Assembly: GCA_026387335.1 (NCBI GenBank)
Contig: JAPLLX010000001.1
Span: forward strand, 234,620-298,619
DNA length: 64,000 nt
Direction: 5' to 3'
Origin: Candidatus Omnitrophota bacterium
GTDB lineage: Bacteria; Omnitrophota; Gorgyraeia; Gygaellales; Profunditerraquicolaceae
Made by a program: the position numbers and the translations under genes. Each line of letters begins with the position of its first letter. The first letter of the stretch is position 1. Positions 8,077 through 17,555 of the stretch are shown here, piece after piece. Under the pieces are notes generated by a model. That model saw only the letters and a list, made by a program, of their open reading frames with translations, was not told the origin of the DNA and did not search any database.

Positions 8077-10257
8077 ATGAATCTTACCTCTCCCTGGAAT
8101 GCACCTTCGAAGCTCTTATTTCGCACCGCGATTAAGTGTCAGAGGTTGCTACCAAAGAAAAGATCTCAAGCATTCGGGCTCCTGAATACAAAGGAGCGGC
8201 AGAGGATAGAGCGCATTTACGTCATCAATCTGAATCGCCAACCAGCTCGTTGGGCCGAGATGGAGCAGGAGCTAAGACACGTATTGGATTGGTCTGGAAC
8301 TGAACTTTGGAATCTTACTGAGCGGTATGCCGCCGTCGATGCAAATCACTTCTTACAAGAACCGCGAAAAGATGCCGACATCGATCCAATTTATACACTC
8401 GGAGATCAACTCTTCGTAGAGCCCCAACCGATAGTTCTCCCCACCCGGATAGAACTCAATTCTCCGATCTTGATGAGTCGACCTGAGATTGCAGTCGCTC
8501 GTTCACACATCAACGTCTGGCGACAGGTCGCGGCGAGTAATCACGAGTACGTACTCATCCTTGAGGACGATGTGTGGTTTCCATCTGGGTTTGCCCCACA
8601 TCTGGATCAGGCGTGGGGAGAAATCGAGGCTGAAGGCGAAAGGAAAAGCAATTTCGATATTCTCTATTTGTCCTACAGGGAAGTGAAGCATGGCGCCCCG
8701 AAGACCTTCCTTTCAAGTAATGTGTTCCGCCCGGTACGCGGGCTCTGGCATCTATCCGGATACGTTATTTCGCGCGAAGGCGCTGAGAAGCTCCTTCGAC
8801 TCCTTCCTTGTCGAGGTCCCGTAGATCTATGGATAAATCACCAGTTCGGAGTTCTTGATGTACGCGCGACAAGACGGTCTATCATCAGCCAGCGACGCGA
8901 TATTAGTTCCACTAACTCATATTCGATACTTCCCGCGCTCACGAAAATTGGTGCTATCACCAGTGAGAGTTCATCCTTGTTTCACGTTCGCCCAAGTGAG
9001 CGGCCTGTGTTTGCATTTGGGAAGGGAGGCTCTGGCCTCTCATCACTTGCAATGGCTCTTTCCATGCTCGGATACAGATGCTGCAATGATCTCCAAGCGA
9101 TTCCAGGTTCTGAACACGAGATGCTACTTGCGGGAAGAGGTAATCGAGTTTTTGACGCATATGTTAACATCAGGTCTTTGGCTGGGGAAGTCAGAGTTCT
9201 TAGAGAGCGTTACCCTCAGGCTAAATTCATTATCACCACTAGCAAGGCTGGAATTGAGGATGACAGCTATTTGAAAATTCTAGATGATTTTAATGGTGCT
9301 GATATTGCTGTTCTTCATTTAGAGGCAACCAATAAATGGCGGGTCGTTTGTGAACACCTCAGATGCCCACCGCCCGTCTGTTCCTTCCCTGAGTTAGCTG
9401 ATCTCGGACAAAGAAAGCTTCTCTGCGGAACCATTGAAACGGGCGCAGTTCTGAATTGCGAGATTCCCACACGTGATAAGTCACCATGGGTTGTTGAGCC
9501 CTGTCAGGGGTGGCAAGGCATTCGTTGTGTCCCGACAAATGAGGAGGCATCGAATGTTTCAATCCCCGTTAGAATTGACGACTGCTTAGAATTTCTCGAC
9601 AGGAAACGGTGGTTTCTGCGAGACGATACCTTCACGGACAACCTGGCGCTGTTTCGTCCCTCAAACGTCGAGTTTAATTCTGGGATCGGGGCTGCTCTCA
9701 GCGTCAGAAGGGAATCCCTAGGTGTTCGAGAATATAGCGCTGCATCGTTAACCAGTCACGACCGATACTTATTCGGAAGATTTGAGGCAATCATTAAGGC
9801 ATCGAAAGTACCCGGTGTGGTTACAGGTTTTTTTCTCCATCGCGATTCACCGAGGCAGGAAATTGATATCGAGATTGCGGGAAATCGAACAGACCGTCTC
9901 TTGGTCAATGTCTTTTACAATCCTGGCGGCGAAGGTGCGAAGTTTGACTATGGATATAGAGGTGCAGCAAGTTATATCGACCTTGGCTTTGACGCATCAG
10001 AATCCGATCATCTTTATGCAATAGAATGGGGGTCTTGCGAGATTCGTTGGTTTGTTGACAATAGTCTAGCTCACAGGCGCGTAGGTTGGGAACCTACGCC
10101 GATTCCTCATCTTCCGATGGCCATCCATGTAAACGTCTGGCCATCTCGCTCCAAAGAACTTGCTGGCCGGCTGACTAGCGGACGACTCCCAACAACCACT
10201 TTTATTAGGTCAATTGCGCTTGAAGCGAATCGATATCAGAGGTCGTCAGTATTATGA
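8077..10257 (+). CDS. Fusion protein: GT25 glycosyltransferase + sulfotransferase-like domain + GH16 glycoside hydrolase
   Basis: GT25 'YVINL.R...RW', 'SH..VW', 'ILEDD'; central 'GSGLSSLAMALSMLGYR..YPQAKFI'; GH16 'GVVTGFF..QEIDIEI'. Confidence 0.75.
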   Translation: MNLTSPWNAPSKLLFRTAIKCQRLLPKKRSQAFGLLNTKERQRIERIYVINLNRQPARWAEMEQELRHVLDWSGTELWNLTERYAAVDANHFLQEPRKDADIDPIYTLGDQLFVEPQPIVLPTRIELNSPILMSRPEIAVARSHINVWRQVAASNHEYVLILEDDVWFPSGFAPHLDQAWGEIEAEGERKSNFDILYLSYREVKHGAPKTFLSSNVFRPVRGLWHLSGYVISREGAEKLLRLLPCRGPVDLWINHQFGVLDVRATRRSIISQRRDISSTNSYSILPALTKIGAITSESSSLFHVRPSERPVFAFGKGGSGLSSLAMALSMLGYRCCNDLQAIPGSEHEMLLAGRGNRVFDAYVNIRSLAGEVRVLRERYPQAKFIITTSKAGIEDDSYLKILDDFNGADIAVLHLEATNKWRVVCEHLRCPPPVCSFPELADLGQRKLLCGTIETGAVLNCEIPTRDKSPWVVEPCQGWQGIRCVPTNEEASNVSIPVRIDDCLEFLDRKRWFLRDDTFTDNLALFRPSNVEFNSGIGAALSVRRESLGVREYSAASLTSHDRYLFGRFEAIIKASKVPGVVTGFFLHRDSPRQEIDIEIAGNRTDRLLVNVFYNPGGEGAKFDYGYRGAASYIDLGFDASESDHLYAIEWGSCEIRWFVDNSLAHRRVGWEPTPIPHLPMAIHVNVWPSRSKELAGRLTSGRLPTTTFIRSIALEANRYQRSSVL

Positions 10258-11897
10258 ATATTCTTTCTTGTAATCCCGGCCATGATGGCGCGATCGCGTA
10301 TCTGAAAGATGCTTGTTTGGTGTTTTCTATTGAGGCGGAGAAGAACTCGAACTACCGATACTCGCCCACATCCAGTCAAGACGTGTTCAAAGTTCTCAGA
10401 GAACTTGACGAATTGCCCGACGTTATTTGTGCTGGCGGTTGGTGGCCACGCGAAGAGCACTTACTCGGGTCGTATGATCATGTTGGATACCGAGGTGTGA
10501 TGAAAAGCGACGTTATTATAGAAAAAAGGTGCCTATTAGGAAGGCGCATTCATTATTTCTCGTCTTCTCACGAGCGTTCGCACTTACTGTGTGCTTTCGG
10601 TATGTCAAGTCTACCGAAAGGCACCCCGTGCTATGCGCTAGTGTGGGAAGGTTCTATCGGTGCTTTCTACGAGATTGACGACCGTATGAACATAACGCGG
10701 ATTGCCGATGTCATGAACGAGCCCGGGCATCGCTACGCTCTTCTCTACGGCCTGGCCGATCCGTCCTTTAACAAAAATGGAGCGTATTCACTTCATTCAG
10801 ACGCAGGGAAGCTCATGGCTCTGACCTCATACGCGACTCGAAAAACGCCCTCGGTTGAAGAGCAGAAGCTCATCGAATTTCTACTCCAAGGTTGCGTGCA
10901 TCTTGAGCCTCGAGCGTGCAACGACCTTAAGCATTCACGTTACTACAATATAGGAGTTGATGACCCAGAATTTCGCAACCTTGCAGGCATTTTTAGTAAC
11001 AAGATTTTTGACATCTTTTATCAATTCGCGAATGCGAATATGAAGAAAAGAATGCCGCTAATCATCGCAGGCGGATGCGGCCTGAATTGCGACTGGAATA
11101 CTAAATGGAAAGAATCAGGCCTTTTTTCCGAGGTCTTCGTGCCGCCTGTTGCAAACGATTCGGGTTCTGCGATTGGGACAGCGATCGACGCCCAGTTTCA
11201 TTATACTGGGAATCCTAAGGTTGATTGGAACGTCTATTCAGGCCTCGCCTTCGACACGACCGAGCCTTTCGATATTGCGCGGTATGATCTCTGCGAAGCT
11301 GATGATGAAAAGATTGCCGATATGTTAGCCAATGATCTTATTCTGGGATGGGTGAGTGGCAAATATGAAATTGGTCCGCGGGCCTTGGGCAACCGTTCAA
11401 TTCTTGCCGCACCATTCCGAGAAAGCACCAGAACGCGATTGAATGAGATCAAGCAACGCGAGCAATTTCGTCCGATTGCTCCAGTTTGCTTAGAAGAAGA
11501 GGCTGCACGATGGTTCGGCTGCGACCACCCTAGTCCATATATGCTTTATACTTACAAAACGAGAACGGATGCATTGGTAGCTGTTACTCACGTGAATAAG
11601 ACTGCCCGCATTCAGACGGTGTCGCCTGAGTCCAACCGTAGTTTGTACAATTTGCTCGTTGCTTTCAAGGCACGAACTGGTTACGGCGTCTTGTGTAATA
11701 CCTCATTGAACTTCAATGGTAGGGGGTTTATAAACAAGATCGATGATCTTTCATCATATACTATAAATTATAACTTGGATGGCTTTGTAGTAGAAGGGCG
11801 CAGTTATGTTTTGAAGTCGTCAAAGAGTTATCAGGTATACTTAAAGCATGTCAAAATCTATAGCTGGACAAAATGTGATGCCTCATCGCGCAAATAG
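10254..11897 (+). CDS. O-carbamoyltransferase (NodU/CmcH family)
   Basis: GHDGA, 'SHERSH', 'AGKLMAL', 'GGCGLNC', 'PPVANDSGSAIG', 'EIGPRALGNRSIL', 'REQFRPIAP', 'NTSLN'. Confidence 0.9.
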   Translation: MNILSCNPGHDGAIAYLKDACLVFSIEAEKNSNYRYSPTSSQDVFKVLRELDELPDVICAGGWWPREEHLLGSYDHVGYRGVMKSDVIIEKRCLLGRRIHYFSSSHERSHLLCAFGMSSLPKGTPCYALVWEGSIGAFYEIDDRMNITRIADVMNEPGHRYALLYGLADPSFNKNGAYSLHSDAGKLMALTSYATRKTPSVEEQKLIEFLLQGCVHLEPRACNDLKHSRYYNIGVDDPEFRNLAGIFSNKIFDIFYQFANANMKKRMPLIIAGGCGLNCDWNTKWKESGLFSEVFVPPVANDSGSAIGTAIDAQFHYTGNPKVDWNVYSGLAFDTTEPFDIARYDLCEADDEKIADMLANDLILGWVSGKYEIGPRALGNRSILAAPFRESTRTRLNEIKQREQFRPIAPVCLEEEAARWFGCDHPSPYMLYTYKTRTDALVAVTHVNKTARIQTVSPESNRSLYNLLVAFKARTGYGVLCNTSLNFNGRGFINKIDDLSSYTINYNLDGFVVEGRSYVLKSSKSYQVYLKHVKIYSWTKCDASSRK

Positions 11898-11962
11898 GGA
11901 AGTCCAAATTCATTAATATTAGCGCAAGCTCTATCATAAGAGAAAGCTTGAAGTGCAATAAA

Positions 11963-12030
11963 AAAGAATATTTTTAGAAAAAGACGGTTTTTTAACTAGA
12001 GCCGATGAACGTGCGCGACGTTTTGGTCTA
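11963..12030 (+). pseudogene. Degenerate miaB 5' copy (right island boundary)
   Basis: KRIFLEKDG, 10 extra nt, then CCG ATG AAC GTG CGC GAC (PMNVRD) vs intact QMNIRD. Confidence 0.55.
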
Positions 12031-12082
12031 TTTTTGAGCCGAAAGTTAAGAAAACTAGAGACACAATTAATTTTATAACTAT

Positions 12083-13228
12083 ATGATTAATAAAGAGATG
12101 AAAAAAAAGAAGGTTTTTCTCCGCACATTCGGCTGCCAAATGAATATCCGGGACTCTGAAGTTGTGGTTGGGTTGCTGCGAAAATCCGGTTATAAAATCT
12201 GCGCTGATGCTGATGCGGCCGGCGCGGTCATTATTAATACCTGCTCAGTCCGGCAGCATGCCGAAGAGAGAGTTTGGAGTTTAGCGGGTAGTTTTAAAAC
12301 GGATAAGATTATAGGTGTTATCGGTTGTATGGCCCAAAATTATAAAGAAGGAATTTTGGAGAGGGCGCCCAATGTTAATTTTGTAGTAGGGCCCGCGGAT
12401 ATAGCTAAGATTCCCGGTATTCTTGCCAAGCTGGCCAAAGATAAGGGTATTTTTGCCAGAAAGATTTATGAAACAGACGGAATTGCCCGTCCGGAAGAGA
12501 TTTATCACACTGGTTTTTACGCGGATAAGAACCACGGTTTTGTGGTTATATCCGAAGGTTGCTCCAATTTCTGCTCCTATTGCGTTGTGCCTTATGTGCG
12601 CGGGGCCCTGCATCATCGCCATTATCAAGATGTGATTAACGAAATCAAGATGGCTATAGATAAAGGGATAACTTCCATTACACTCTTAGGCCAGAATGTT
12701 AATGCTTATAAAGACGGCAATACTGGTTTTACTAAGCTGATGGAATTGGTAAATTCTATCCCGGGGTTAAAAACCTTTACTTTTCTTACTTCGCACCCTA
12801 AGGATACCAGTATTGATTTGTTTAAGGCAATCGCGGGATTAGATAAACTAAAAAAAGACCTGCATCTGCCGGTTCAGTCAGGCTCTGACCGGATACTCAA
12901 GCTGATGAACCGCTCTTATACAAAAAAATTCTATTTGGATTTAGTGGATAATTACCGTAAAATTGTAAAAGGGGCTACCTTGACTACGGATATAATCGTA
13001 GGTTTTCCGCAAGAAAGCGAAAATGATTTTAAGGATACCTTAGATTTAGTTAAAGCTGTCCGCTTTAACGCCGCCTATATATTTAAATACTCTCCTCGGC
13101 CGCAGACGCAAGCTTTTAAGATGGCGGATACTGTTGAGAAAAAAGAAAAAGAGAAGAGGCATAAGCTGATTTTAGAATTGCAGAAGGAAATATCCGGGGT
13201 GAAAAATGTTAGGATTAAAAATGAATGA
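12083..13228 (+). CDS. miaB: tRNA-2-methylthio-N6-dimethylallyladenosine synthase, radical SAM; C-terminal TRAM apparently absent
   Basis: TFGCQMN, NTCSVR, GCMAQ, CSNFCSYC, LLGQNVNAY, HLPVQSGS, DIIVGFP; near miaA. Start may be 12098. Confidence 0.9.
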   Translation: MINKEMKKKKVFLRTFGCQMNIRDSEVVVGLLRKSGYKICADADAAGAVIINTCSVRQHAEERVWSLAGSFKTDKIIGVIGCMAQNYKEGILERAPNVNFVVGPADIAKIPGILAKLAKDKGIFARKIYETDGIARPEEIYHTGFYADKNHGFVVISEGCSNFCSYCVVPYVRGALHHRHYQDVINEIKMAIDKGITSITLLGQNVNAYKDGNTGFTKLMELVNSIPGLKTFTFLTSHPKDTSIDLFKAIAGLDKLKKDLHLPVQSGSDRILKLMNRSYTKKFYLDLVDNYRKIVKGATLTTDIIVGFPQESENDFKDTLDLVKAVRFNAAYIFKYSPRPQTQAFKMADTVEKKEKEKRHKLILELQKEISGVKNVRIKNE

Positions 13229-14018
13229 CAAAATCAGAATTCCAATATATTTTACTATTTTGCTTTCATTTTTCATTTGTGTTTTGTCATTTGGAATTCC
13301 GGATAATGTTTATGCTTTAAATTTGGAAAAGATGAAGACCAATATGCTCCTGGGGGATTATAAATCCGCAATTACTGAGGGAGAAAAGCTCATTGCCAAA
13401 GACCCGCATTCAGACGAGCTCTATTATCTTTTGGGCCTGTGTTATTTAAAAGACGGAAATTACCTGCGGGCTTCCGATATCTTTGAAGTAGTAATTAAAG
13501 AATTTAAAGGTTCTAAATTTAAAGAAGAGGCGACTATGGGTTTAGGCGATACCTACCTTTTGCGGGAAGATTTTGACCGGGCAAGTAGTCTATATCTAGG
13601 GATAATTAAGGATAGTCCTAAGACTAAGCTTAAGCCGCAATTATATTATCGAATAAGCGAAATTGGTTTTAAAAAAGGAGACGTAAATCAGGGTAAGGAA
13701 TATTTGACGAAATTAAGGGAAGGCTATTCTCTGGCTCCCGAGGCTAAACAAGGACAGGATATCTGTCCGCTTGAGAGAAATAACCTTAATTTTTATTATT
13801 CTGTCCAAATAGGTTCATTTTCTAATCCCGCCAACGCGCAAAACCTGAATCAGAAATTATTAAACAGCGGGTATTCGTCTTATATTGAAGAGTCGCTTGC
13901 CGCAAGCGGCCTAAAGACCTACCGGGTGAAGGTAGGAAAATTAGCCTCCCGCCAGGAAGCCGAAAACCTGAATAAAAAACTCAAAACAGAAGGTTATCCC
14001 ACAAAAATCTGTCCTTAA
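13206..14018 (+). CDS. TPR + SPOR-domain periplasmic protein
   Basis: Signal/TM segment, TPR repeats, 'YSVQIGSFS...YRVKVG' SPOR. Confidence 0.8.
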   Translation: MLGLKMNDKIRIPIYFTILLSFFICVLSFGIPDNVYALNLEKMKTNMLLGDYKSAITEGEKLIAKDPHSDELYYLLGLCYLKDGNYLRASDIFEVVIKEFKGSKFKEEATMGLGDTYLLREDFDRASSLYLGIIKDSPKTKLKPQLYYRISEIGFKKGDVNQGKEYLTKLREGYSLAPEAKQGQDICPLERNNLNFYYSVQIGSFSNPANAQNLNQKLLNSGYSSYIEESLAASGLKTYRVKVGKLASRQEAENLNKKLKTEGYPTKICP

Positions 14019-14941
14019 TGTTAAAATCAAAATCTATTATTTTTATTGTTGGTCCGACGGCGGTAGGTAAATCCAGCGTTGCCGTAGAGCTGGCCAGAAG
14101 GATTAAGGGCGAGATAATCTCCTGCGATTCCATGCAAATTTATCAAGGTATGGAGATAATCACATCCAAGCCTTCCGTTCATCTAAGGGGTAAAATCAAG
14201 CATCATATGATCGGGGTAGTTTCAGCGGAAAAAGAATTTAACGCCGCTAAATTCAGGAAGGCGGCTGTTAAAAAGGTAGAAGAAGTAATTGCTAGAGGGA
14301 GAGTCCCGATTTTTGTCGGCGGGACCGGACTTTATGTCTCTACGCTTATTGATGGTATTTTTGAAGAGAAGAATTCCAGTCCGGATATACGCGAGAAATT
14401 TTATAAGTTGGCCAAAAAATACGGGAATAAATATTTATACGCCAAGCTAAAAAAGGCCGATAGCTCTGCGGCCAAGAAAATCCACCCCCATGATGCTAAG
14501 CGGGTTATCCGGGCTTTAGAGGTTTTTGCGGTTACGGGTAAGCCGATATCCCGGATGCAAAAGAAGAGAAAGGGTTTAGGTAAGGATTATAATATAAAAA
14601 TTTTTGCTCTGAATATGGACAGAGACTCTCTTTATAAGAAAATTGATGAACGGGTGCAAGGGATGTTTAAGGCCGGATTAATTAAGGAGGTCAAGGCTTT
14701 ACTGGGTAAGAATTTAAGTAAGACCAGCCGTTATGCTATCGGGATAAGGGAGCTATCCGGCTATTTTCAAGGGAGGTATGATTTAGAAGAGGCAAAACGT
14801 TTAATGAAACGTAACAGCAGGCATTACGCCAAAAGGCAGTTGACCTGGTTCAGGAAAAACAAGCGCATAAACTGGATTAATATTAAAGATAAGGATACGC
14901 CATTTAAGGTAGCCAGGAGATTATGGAAAGAGCTCTGTTAG
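14018..14941 (+). CDS. miaA: tRNA dimethylallyltransferase
   Basis: GPTAVGKS, DSMQIY, VGGTGLY, YAKRQLTWFR. Confidence 0.95.
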   Translation: MLKSKSIIFIVGPTAVGKSSVAVELARRIKGEIISCDSMQIYQGMEIITSKPSVHLRGKIKHHMIGVVSAEKEFNAAKFRKAAVKKVEEVIARGRVPIFVGGTGLYVSTLIDGIFEEKNSSPDIREKFYKLAKKYGNKYLYAKLKKADSSAAKKIHPHDAKRVIRALEVFAVTGKPISRMQKKRKGLGKDYNIKIFALNMDRDSLYKKIDERVQGMFKAGLIKEVKALLGKNLSKTSRYAIGIRELSGYFQGRYDLEEAKRLMKRNSRHYAKRQLTWFRKNKRINWINIKDKDTPFKVARRLWKELC

Positions 14942-16191
14942 TCGTAATAGGATTTAAGCGGGATAAAGAAAAATTAAGGATTGAGGATTCAGCCTCAGAG
15001 CTGGAAGAGTTGGTTTTAGCCAGCGGCACGGAAGTAGTGGATAATATAACCTGTATTTGCGATAAGCCGACCCCTAATCTTCTTATCGGAAAAGGGAAAG
15101 CCGCAGAATTAGGTTTTACTGCCCAGGAAGAAAATGTAGATACTGTGATCTTTAACCGGGATCTTTCCGGAACGCAGCAAAGAAATCTGGAAGAAGCGAT
15201 CGGTAGAAAGACCATTGATCGCACGCAGCTTATCCTGGATATATTTGCCCGCCGGGCAAAAAGCCCTGAAGGTAAAATCCAGGTTGAGCTGGCCCAGTTA
15301 CAATACCTTCTGCCCAGGCTAGTGGGTAAAGGTATTATCCTTTCCAGGCTGGGCGGCGGCATGGGTACGCGCGGTCCGGGAGAGCAGAAGTTGGAAATGG
15401 ACAGGCGGCGCATCAGGGAAAGGATCGACCGCTTAAAAATTGATTTAAGAGATATGCTGCAGCGGCGTGCGGTTATGCGTAAAAAAAGAAAAGATAATGC
15501 TGTGCCGGTAATAGCGCTGGTCGGCTATACCAGTGCCGGTAAATCCACGCTCTTAAATTCATTGACTGGCGCCGGACAAGTTGTATCCGGAAACCTTTTT
15601 ACCACACTTGATCCGCTTGCTAAAGGCTTACAGTTACCTAACGGTGAGAATGTGGTTATATCGGATACCGTAGGTTTCTTGCGCGGACTTCCGCATCATC
15701 TCATTGAAGCATTTAAGGCTACTTTAGAAGAAGCTGTGCAGGCTGATCTCTTGGTCCATGTTTTGGACGCCAGCCATCCGTTAGTCTACGCACATAGCCA
15801 GGCGGTATTTGCGGTTTTAAAAGAATTAGGGTTAAATGAGAAGCCCACGATTACAGCTTTAAATAAAATTGACCTGTTGAATGATGGGATGTGGTTAGAG
15901 AAGCTAAAAGAAGATTTTCCGGATTCGGTGGCCATATCCGCAAAACTTCAAGTAAACCTGGATTCCTTATACAAAAAAATAGAGGAGAGATTTAGCGGCA
16001 GGATGGCGGATCTGGAAGTTTTAGTCCCGGCTAGCCGGATGGATATTATAGATTTATTCTATAGGCAAGGTAAGGTCAGGGAGATTGAATATCTGCAAAA
16101 GGGGATAAGGGTTAAAGTAAACCTGCCAAAGATCCTATCTCAGAAGCTATTGCTTAACCGTGAAATAGAATTACTCCGTTCAAAAAGTTAA
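14923..16191 (+). CDS. hflX: GTPase HflX
   Basis: LILDIFARRA, RGPGEQKLE, GYTSAGKS, DTVGF, NKID. Confidence 0.95.
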   Translation: MERALLVVIGFKRDKEKLRIEDSASELEELVLASGTEVVDNITCICDKPTPNLLIGKGKAAELGFTAQEENVDTVIFNRDLSGTQQRNLEEAIGRKTIDRTQLILDIFARRAKSPEGKIQVELAQLQYLLPRLVGKGIILSRLGGGMGTRGPGEQKLEMDRRRIRERIDRLKIDLRDMLQRRAVMRKKRKDNAVPVIALVGYTSAGKSTLLNSLTGAGQVVSGNLFTTLDPLAKGLQLPNGENVVISDTVGFLRGLPHHLIEAFKATLEEAVQADLLVHVLDASHPLVYAHSQAVFAVLKELGLNEKPTITALNKIDLLNDGMWLEKLKEDFPDSVAISAKLQVNLDSLYKKIEERFSGRMADLEVLVPASRMDIIDLFYRQGKVREIEYLQKGIRVKVNLPKILSQKLLLNREIELLRSKS

Positions 16192-16198
16192 TCTGGGA

Positions 16199-16226
16199 TT
16201 GACAAAGTAGAAAAATATGTTAAAAT
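16199..16226 (+). promoter_or_regulatory. Sigma70 promoter of the hrcA operon
   Basis: TTGACA-16 nt-TAAAAT with extended TG, directly before CIRCE. Confidence 0.65.
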
Positions 16227-16232
16227 TATGCT

Positions 16233-16259
16233 TTAGCATTCTTAGGCCGAGAGTGCTAA
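16233..16259 (+). promoter_or_regulatory. CIRCE operator (HrcA site)
   Basis: TTAGCATTC-N9-GAGTGCTAA, one mismatch to the TTAGCACTC-N9-GAGTGCTAA consensus, upstream of hrcA. Confidence 0.93.
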
Positions 16260-16279
16260 TATCCTAAACAGGTAAAACT

Positions 16280-17026
16280 ATGGTAAAAAACATTGAACGG
16301 GAAGCCAGAAAACGGGCAATTCTTGCCACTACTATTAACCGGTATATCCTGGAAGCTCTACCTATTGCTTCTGAAGAATTAGCCGAACATTTTAACTTGA
16401 GCTCCGCAACAATAAGGAATGTATTCAGCGAACTTGAGGATGAGGGGTATCTGACTCATCTTTATACTTCCGGCGGAAGGATCCCTACTGAAAAAGGCTA
16501 CCGTTATTATGTAGATTCTCTGCTTTTACAGATGCAACTTTTAGACGATGAGAAGGGCAGGATCACCAAAGAATATACGAAGAAGATCAAGCGGATGGAA
16601 GATGTTTTAGAAGAGACATCTAAGGTGATCGCGGAGGCGACACATTATACGGGAATAGTTTCATTTTTAGAATGGCAGGATAAGATGTTTTACAAGGGGT
16701 TAAGCCGGATTTTAGAGCAGCCGGAATTTAAAAATACGCAAAAGTTACACTTACTGATCAGGATAATCGAGGATAAGCAGCAGTTGTTAGAACTTATTAA
16801 CCGGGATTTTCCGGATAGGGTTAAGGTTTATATAGGACAGGAACTGGAGAGCCCGGAGATGGCAGATTGTTCTTTAGTTGTTTCGGGTTACCGCCGCAGG
16901 AATAAGCCGCAGGGAAAACTCGCGGTGCTTGGCCCGCTGCGCATGGAATATAACCATATCATTCCGGCGTTAGAGTATATTTCGGATGTATTAAGCGCAG
17001 CTTTGGAGAATATTGATGGCGAATGA
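16280..17026 (+). CDS. hrcA: Heat-inducible transcription repressor (short form)
   Basis: LSSATIRN, 'TSGGRIPTEKGYRYYVD', 'GPLRMEY'; preceded by CIRCE. Confidence 0.9.
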   Translation: MVKNIEREARKRAILATTINRYILEALPIASEELAEHFNLSSATIRNVFSELEDEGYLTHLYTSGGRIPTEKGYRYYVDSLLLQMQLLDDEKGRITKEYTKKIKRMEDVLEETSKVIAEATHYTGIVSFLEWQDKMFYKGLSRILEQPEFKNTQKLHLLIRIIEDKQQLLELINRDFPDRVKVYIGQELESPEMADCSLVVSGYRRRNKPQGKLAVLGPLRMEYNHIIPALEYISDVLSAALENIDGE

Positions 17027-17555
17027 GCACAAACAAAATAATAACCCGGAAGATAAGATTGTAACCTTAAAAGAATCTGAATACCTGAAGCTTAAAGAGG
17101 ACGCTTTGAAGGCTAAGGATTCTACGGATAAGGTTTTACGTTTACAGGCGGACTTTGAGAATACGCGCAAACGCCTTGAACGGGAAAAACAGGATTTCGT
17201 GAAATTCGCCAATGAAGGCATTATTCTGGAGCTATTAAATGTTTTGGATGATTTAGAACGCAGTGTAAGCCTGGCGGAAACGCATAAAGAGGATTTAATG
17301 GTGTTTCTTAAAGGCGTGGAAATGATCCTGGCTCACCTTTACGAGATGCTTAAGGAGTATGGGCTAAAGCCGATTGAGGCGCAGGGAAGGATATTCGACC
17401 CGCATTATCACGAAGCCCTTTTACAGGTAGAAAACAAGGATTTGCCGGAGCATACGGTGGTTGAGGAATTGCAAAAAGGTTATTTATTAAATGAGCGGGT
17501 GATTCGTACCGCTAAGGTAAAAGTTTCCAAGAAACTGGAGGTGTCAAATGGCTAA
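17016..17555 (+). CDS. grpE: Nucleotide exchange factor GrpE
   Basis: [35 protein letters not shown]; ATG at 17016 follows GGAG. Confidence 0.95.
   Translation: MANEHKQNNNPEDKIVTLKESEYLKLKEDALKAKDSTDKVLRLQADFENTRKRLEREKQDFVKFANEGIILELLNVLDDLERSVSLAETHKEDLMVFLKGVEMILAHLYEMLKEYGLKPIEAQGRIFDPHYHEALLQVENKDLPEHTVVEELQKGYLLNERVIRTAKVKVSKKLEVSNG

Larger units (their letters stand above)
7110..12001 (+). mobile_element. Putative integrase-less genomic island at miaB 5' end
   Basis: Three accessory genes with visibly different composition (frequent TCGA/CGA), flanked by degenerate miaB 5' copies. Confidence 0.65.

Noticed and set aside
14923-14941. Absence of hfq between miaA and hflX
   Set aside because: Common in many lineages; not informative.
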